From: an uncultured virus (IMG/VR IMGVR_UViG_3300009667_000002)
Lineage: Duplodnaviria > Heunggongvirae > Uroviricota > Caudoviricetes
Strand: one strand, 5' to 3'
IMG/VR virus record: IMGVR_UViG_3300009667_000002
Location: 1-64,000 of that record
DNA length: 64,000 bases
Part shown: piece after piece, positions 59,217 to 64,000 of the stretch
Position numbering within the stretch: the first letter of the stretch is position 1
Layout: each line of letters opens with the position of its first letter
The notes under the pieces: model-generated
Database searches by the model: none
The model's input: the letters and a program-made list of their open reading frames with translations, nothing else
What the model was told of the DNA's origin: nothing
Translations under genes and position numbers: made by a program

Positions 59217-59744
59217 ATGGCAAAATCGGATAATAAATTATTGAAATTGGCTAAAGAAAAAACAACAACTATGAAAAAAAATGTTTTTTCTAAAAACACA
59301 CCATCAAATAAAAGTGTTGTAAAAAAATCAACCCATAGAGAACGTGAACTAAAGGCTAAAAAAAAGGTTGAAGAATTATTACAAGATATACCACTTTCTA
59401 TAGAAAAAAAAGATGATGATTTGTTAATAATTGATGATGATAAAAAAATGGGTATTGAATGGTTAGAAGAACAAATATCACAATTATTAGCCGAAAATGA
59501 AAAAATAAAGGAAGATTATTCAAAACTTTATGAAGAATTTCAGAAATATAAAAATTCGGAAAATAATAATGATAATTTAATTAAAAGTAAAGTAATTGAA
59601 TTATTCAATGAAATACAAACAAATCATATTAATTTGGGTGTTGACCCAAATACAGGTATTGGTAATTTTAGGATATATTGCCCAGGGTTTTTAAATAGAT
59701 TAATAACCTTTTTTCCCTTTTTAATTGATTTCAAAAAATATTAA
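59217..59744 (+). CDS. hypothetical coiled-coil protein
   Basis: ORF with heptad pattern. Confidence 0.6.
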   Translation: MAKSDNKLLKLAKEKTTTMKKNVFSKNTPSNKSVVKKSTHRERELKAKKKVEELLQDIPLSIEKKDDDLLIIDDDKKMGIEWLEEQISQLLAENEKIKEDYSKLYEEFQKYKNSENNNDNLIKSKVIELFNEIQTNHINLGVDPNTGIGNFRIYCPGFLNRLITFFPFLIDFKKY

Positions 59745-59765
59745 TTTGGATATATTAAATAAACA

Positions 59766-59806
59766 AAAAAACATTCTAAAAATTTTTTTTATAGAATGTT
59801 TTTTTT
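59766..59806 (+). terminator. possible terminator hairpin
   Basis: aaaaaacattcta/tagaatgtttttt. Confidence 0.6.
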
Positions 59807-59819
59807 ATTTTTGTGTCAT

Positions 59820-60863
59820 ATGGTAACAATACAAGGATATGAAATACATCCAATCCTTAATAGAATTTTTAAGGATGTCAAAGGATATTTAGAATCTGAA
59901 CAGTTACAAGTATGTTGTCCAAGGTGTCAAGAATATGAAGGTTTACCATATCCTGATGGTAAATATAATCTTGAAATTAATACTGCCAAACGTGTTTTTA
60001 AGTGTTGGAAATGTGATAATCCTAACTTTTCTGGCTCATTAGGTAGATTAATTAAATTATATGGTACGAAAATTGATTATGAGGAATATAAATCATATGG
60101 ATATTCTTATCAAACTAGAGAAAGTGATAATTTTAATGATGATGAAGAATTTGAATTAAAATTACCAGAAGAAATGATTTATTTTTCACAAATGAATCCT
60201 ATTAATCTTGAACATTTTGAAGCATATAATTATATGGTGAATGAAAGAAAAATTAGTAGGGATTTAATTTTAAAATATAGAATTGGTTTTTGTTTAGAAG
60301 GTAAATATAGAAAAAGAATAATTGTTCCTTCTTTTAATAAAGAAGGTGGTGTTAATTATTTTATTGCAAGAAATTATGATAATGATAAAAAAAAGAAAAT
60401 TATCTCATATTTAAATCCAAAAATTAATAAAGATAACATTATTTTTAATGAAGGATATATTAATTGGGATTCTACTGTTTATTTAGTTGAAGGTGTTTTT
60501 GATATGTTAAGTATACCAATTAATACTATACCAATTTTAGGTAAAAAAATTTCAACAAAATTGTTTTTAACACTAAAAAAATATAAACCAAATATTATAT
60601 TATTGTTAGACTTAGATGCATATGAAAATACAATGAAATTATATTATTCATTATACAATATTTATGTGGGATGTGAAGATAAAATAAAAATATTAAAATT
60701 ACCAACAAATGAAGATATTGATGAATATCGTAAAAATAATGGTTCGAATAAAATTGTTGATTTATTATATAGTGCTAGAAATTTAACAATTGATGACCAA
60801 TTTGTTCTTAAAAAAAATTTTAATGGAAGATATAGAATTGATTCAAAATATAAAAAATGGTGA
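59820..60863 (+). CDS. DnaG-type DNA primase
   Basis: CPRC..CWKC zinc finger; RIIVP; TOPRIM EGVFD and DLD. Confidence 0.85.
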   Translation: MVTIQGYEIHPILNRIFKDVKGYLESEQLQVCCPRCQEYEGLPYPDGKYNLEINTAKRVFKCWKCDNPNFSGSLGRLIKLYGTKIDYEEYKSYGYSYQTRESDNFNDDEEFELKLPEEMIYFSQMNPINLEHFEAYNYMVNERKISRDLILKYRIGFCLEGKYRKRIIVPSFNKEGGVNYFIARNYDNDKKKKIISYLNPKINKDNIIFNEGYINWDSTVYLVEGVFDMLSIPINTIPILGKKISTKLFLTLKKYKPNIILLLDLDAYENTMKLYYSLYNIYVGCEDKIKILKLPTNEDIDEYRKNNGSNKIVDLLYSARNLTIDDQFVLKKNFNGRYRIDSKYKKW

Positions 60864-61389
60864 TAAAAAATCTGAAAATAATTTATATTGTAAATATAAA
60901 ACATTTTTAAAAAATTATTTAAGAAAAAAAAATAAAGAAAATTTTTATTCAGAATTTGATATTGAAGATGATGTTTCTGAAATTTTAATGCGTGTTTTTT
61001 GTAATTTACATAGTTACGATTTTAATAAATCTAAATTTAGTTCTTGGGTTATTAGTATTGCCAATAATTACGTTATTGATAAATGGAGATATTCATTAAA
61101 TAATAAAAATGTAACAATAAGTTTAGATACAATTTATAATTATTCTTCAAACTATACTGATTTTGAGAAATATAATGATTCTAATTTAATTTGCTTTGAA
61201 ACAACAAATACAATTAATAATATTTTTAGTGATGTTTCATGTCAAGATTCTAAATTTTTTGAAATGAAATATGTGTTGGGTTATTCGTATTGTGAAATTG
61301 GTAAAGAATTTAATATGAGTAGTAATACTATAAGTAACAGGGTTAATTATATAAAAACAAAAATAAAAAATTGTATTATTAATGAATAA
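60823..61389 (+). CDS. ECF-type RNA polymerase sigma factor
   Basis: D.ELI..IKNGD; F.SW...IANN..ID; YSYCEIG..TI..R. Confidence 0.85.
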   Translation: MEDIELIQNIKNGDKKSENNLYCKYKTFLKNYLRKKNKENFYSEFDIEDDVSEILMRVFCNLHSYDFNKSKFSSWVISIANNYVIDKWRYSLNNKNVTISLDTIYNYSSNYTDFEKYNDSNLICFETTNTINNIFSDVSCQDSKFFEMKYVLGYSYCEIGKEFNMSSNTISNRVNYIKTKIKNCIINE

Positions 61390-61418
61390 ATAAAGGGACG
61401 ATTAATCATCCCTTTATT
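61389..61418. terminator. bidirectional terminator
   Basis: aataaaggga/tccctttatt hairpin between convergent genes. Confidence 0.8.
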
Positions 61419-61839
61419 ATTTAATTTCAATTCTTTTTTTATTGTTTTCTTTTTCAAAATCCTTTTTAGGTATTGTAATTATTAAAATACCATCTGATAA
61501 TGATGCGGTAATATTATCTTTATCAACATCTTTTGAAAGTGTAAAAATTTCTTCGTATTTACCAAAAAAAGTTCTTTTATAATTATATTTCAAATCGTTG
61601 TTTTCATTACGTTCTGCTGTTAATATTAAATTATTATTTTCAACATCAATTAAAATGTTTTCTTTTTTTACACCTGGTAATGATACGTTAATAACATAAT
61701 TATTATCATTTTCGATAATATCATAATTTGGTGATTTTTCAGTTTCATTAATTGGCATAAATAAAATATCATCAAAAAAATCAAAGAATAATGAATTAAA
61801 TGGTTTAATTTGATTACAATTTCGTTTTCTTATCATCAT
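61417..61839 (-). CDS. hsp20: Hsp20 small heat-shock protein
   Basis: LPGV.KE.I.I; A.L.DGIL.ITIPK. Confidence 0.92.
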   Translation of the reverse strand: MMIRKRNCNQIKPFNSLFFDFFDDILFMPINETEKSPNYDIIENDNNYVINVSLPGVKKENILIDVENNNLILTAERNENNDLKYNYKRTFFGKYEEIFTLSKDVDKDNITASLSDGILIITIPKKDFEKENNKKRIEIK

Positions 61840-61887
61840 AGTTATAAATTTTTAATAAATGTTATTTTTTTGTAAAAATACAAACTT

Positions 61888-61958
61888 TCAAATAGAATAC
61901 CAATAATTCATAAGTGACAAAATTACAGTTAATTATATTTTAATGTGCCATTTTGACA
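61888..61958 (-). promoter_or_regulatory. sigma54-like promoter plus two TG[AC]CA-N3-T[GT]ACA boxes upstream of hsp20
   Basis: Minus strand TGGTATTCTATTTGA fits the TGGCACG-N4-TTGC spacing; boxes at 61915-61927 and 61946-61958. Confidence 0.45.
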
Positions 61959-61973
61959 AGAATTAATTATTTT

Positions 61974-62003
61974 TTTGAAATCAAAAAAAATTTTTTATTT
62001 TTG
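61974..62003 (+). promoter_or_regulatory. Bacteroidota-type -33/-7 promoter
   Basis: TTTG-N18-TATTTTTG. Confidence 0.5.
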
Positions 62004-62025
62004 TAAAAATTAAAATTCTTTAACT

Positions 62026-64000
62026 ATGAATAATAAAATTTCTAAAATTTGTCATTTGGCAGACATTCACATTCGTAAAATTCCAACTAGAAACGAAGAA
62101 TATGAAAATGTTTTTAATTCTTTAATTTCATCATTAAATATAGAAAAACCAGATAGAATAGTTATTGTTGGTGATTTAGTACATGATTATCTTGACTTAC
62201 AGGGTGAACAATTAATATTGACAAATAAATTTTTAAAAAAATTATCAGAAATAGCACCCGTTAGAATTGTAAGAGGTAATCATGATTGTCGTAAAAAAAA
62301 TTTAAAACGAGTTGATTCAATAGAAGCAATTGTAAAAACACTTGATAATAATAAAATTATTTATTATAATAAAACTGGTTTTTATGAAGATGAAAATGTT
62401 ATTTGGTGTGTTTGGCATCATGGTGAATTAAAAAACAATCCTTGGTTACTTAAAGAAGGGAAAAATATTTTAAAGAATAGGGATTCTAATAAAATATACA
62501 TTGATTTATTTCATGACCCCATAACAGGTTCTAAATCAACAACAGGATTTGAATTAAAAAGCAATTCTTTTTTTGGAATTAAGGATTTTAAAGGGGATTT
62601 TTCTTTTTTTGGTGATATACATAAAATGCAATTTCTTGATAAAAATAACACAAAAGCATATTCTGGTTCATTAATTGCACAAGATTTTAGTGAAGGTGAT
62701 GATAATTTTCATGGTTATATTTTATGGGATATTATAAATAAAACACATAAAGAAATTCCAATTGAAAATGAATTTTCATTTAAAAATATTAAAATAACAC
62801 CATTTACTGATTTTGATGATTTAGATTTTGAAATTGAAAATCATACTAATTTCATGAAAATTAGATTTTTGTGGTTAACATTACCTCAAGCAAGAACAAA
62901 AGAAAATGAAAGAAAATTAATCAATTTTATTAAAACAAAATATTCTGATAGTCAAATTATAAACATTTCCCATAAAAATCAATTTCTTGAAGAAGATAAA
63001 ATTGATGTAAATAATGATGTTGAATTAAATGATATTAATAATATTGAAATTCAACAAAATATATTTAAAGAATATTTAAAAAAGATTGGTGTGGATGATA
63101 AAACAATTAATGATGTGATTAATCTCGATAATGAAATAAGTAATGAAATAAAAACAACCGAAAACAATCACATTAGTTGGGATATTGTGAAATTTGGTGG
63201 TATTAATTTTATGTCATACGATAAATTGGATGTTGATTGGAAAGATATGAATGGTCTTTATCAAATTACAGGAATGAATACTCATGGTAAAACAACAATA
63301 ATGAAATTAATATCATATATTTTATATAATAAAACATTAGAAACTGAAACAAAAAAGAAATTTGGTGATATTAGATATGTTAATAATAGAAACGATGCTA
63401 CTTCATGTAGTGGTTATATGGTTATTGATGTAAACGGTGAATATTATGGTTTAAAAAGGAAAACTGAAATTAATAAAAATAAATCAGGTGAAATAATTAA
63501 TGTTTCAACAACATTAAACTATTATTTACTTTCTACACCAGATGATGATATGAATGATGAAAATATTATTGATAAATTAGATGATGATAATAGATTAAAA
63601 ACACAAAAAAAGATTGAATCAATTCTTGGTAATTATGATAATTTTATTCGTATTGTTATGACCACATCAGATACACTTAATAGAATATTATCAAATGATA
63701 TGGCGGTGTTTATTGATTCTATTTTATTTGATGCTGGTTTAGATATTTTTGATAAAAAATTAGACGTTTTTAAATTGTATCAAAAGAGAATCAATGAAAA
63801 AGGTAGGATAAACTGTAATGTTGAATCTGTTGAAGAACAAAATAGAATATTGGGTGGAGAAATTGATGAATTAAATAATAAACTAAATGCCGTTGAAACT
63901 ATTGAACTACCAAATATTCAAAATAGAATTAGTAATGGAAAAAAGTATATTGAAGAACAAACAAAAAAATTATATAGAATCAATTCAGAAATATATAATC
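62026..64000 (+). CDS. Mre11/SbcD nuclease fused to Rad50/SbcC ATPase (partial, not in ORF track)
   Basis: HLADIH, VGDL, RGNHD, GDIH, YSGSL; then NFMSY and Walker A TGMNTHGKTT, apparently in the same frame; runs off the window. Confidence 0.85.
   Translation, partial: MNNKISKICHLADIHIRKIPTRNEEYENVFNSLISSLNIEKPDRIVIVGDLVHDYLDLQGEQLILTNKFLKKLSEIAPVRIVRGNHDCRKKNLKRVDSIEAIVKTLDNNKIIYYNKTGFYEDENVIWCVWHHGELKNNPWLLKEGKNILKNRDSNKIYIDLFHDPITGSKSTTGFELKSNSFFGIKDFKGDFSFFGDIHKMQFLDKNNTKAYSGSLIAQDFSEGDDNFHGYILWDIINKTHKEIPIENEFSFKNIKITPFTDFDDLDFEIENHTNFMKIRFLWLTLPQARTKENERKLINFIKTKYSDSQIINISHKNQFLEEDKIDVNNDVELNDINNIEIQQNIFKEYLKKIGVDDKTINDVINLDNEISNEIKTTENNHISWDIVKFGGINFMSYDKLDVDWKDMNGLYQITGMNTHGKTTIMKLISYILYNKTLETETKKKFGDIRYVNNRNDATSCSGYMVIDVNGEYYGLKRKTEINKNKSGEIINVSTTLNYYLLSTPDDDMNDENIIDKLDDDNRLKTQKKIESILGNYDNFIRIVMTTSDTLNRILSNDMAVFIDSILFDAGLDIFDKKLDVFKLYQKRINEKGRINCNVESVEEQNRILGGEIDELNNKLNAVETIELPNIQNRISNGKKYIEEQTKKLYRINSEIYN

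Noticed and set aside
1592..60904. Short nested or antisense ORFs of 60-130 aa (e.g. 3136, 10644, 21510, 42306, 52548)
   Set aside because: They lie within long, well-supported genes and have no motifs; shadow ORFs.
1..64000. tRNA, rRNA, CRISPR array, integrase or IS element
   Set aside because: Intergenic gaps are short and I recognised no cloverleaf, spaced repeats or recombinase/transposase motifs; tRNAscan-SE and a CRISPR finder would confirm.

Overview
This very AT-rich (roughly 20-25% GC by eye), densely coding segment, with all confident genes on + except hsp20, looks like part of a large lytic myophage (jumbo-phage type). TTG-N~20-TAnnTTTG promoters point to a Bacteroidota host. In order: (i) the 3' end of a DNA methyltransferase that appears inserted into a vWA gene, then an ARPP-like gene; (ii) 2.7-19.7 kb, a tail-fibre/adhesin block with Cys-rich, [ST]-G-x-[ST]-rich proteins, an embedded GT9-like glycosyltransferase and an LRR protein; (iii) a HARP/SNF2 helicase with a class 3 intein and a family B DNA polymerase; (iv) 26.5-39.5 kb, multidomain enzymes (NUDIX, WYL, triple protein kinase, CCA-adding enzyme fused to an Acb1-like 2H domain, ArdC-N/metallopeptidase, 2H and HAD phosphatases, ParB-like) whose domains are often bounded by [ILV]-x-E motifs and which sit behind a shared (G/C)TATTTAT putative late promoter; (v) an intein-containing glycosyltransferase; (vi) a baseplate block (gp25-like, gp6-like) with several apparently split genes and an inserted DUF6734 cassette; (vii) RuvC-like, GIY-YIG, phosphoesterase, primase, ECF sigma, Hsp20 and an Mre11-Rad50 fusion running off the end. 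The best candidates for new biology are a protease-matured, capsid-packaged effector/RNA-repair kit; virion surface modification (sequon-like motif, glycosyltransferases, Cys gain); and split structural genes sharing a C-terminal peptide tag. I saw no tRNA, rRNA or CRISPR array. All family calls come from manual motif recognition, not database searches.
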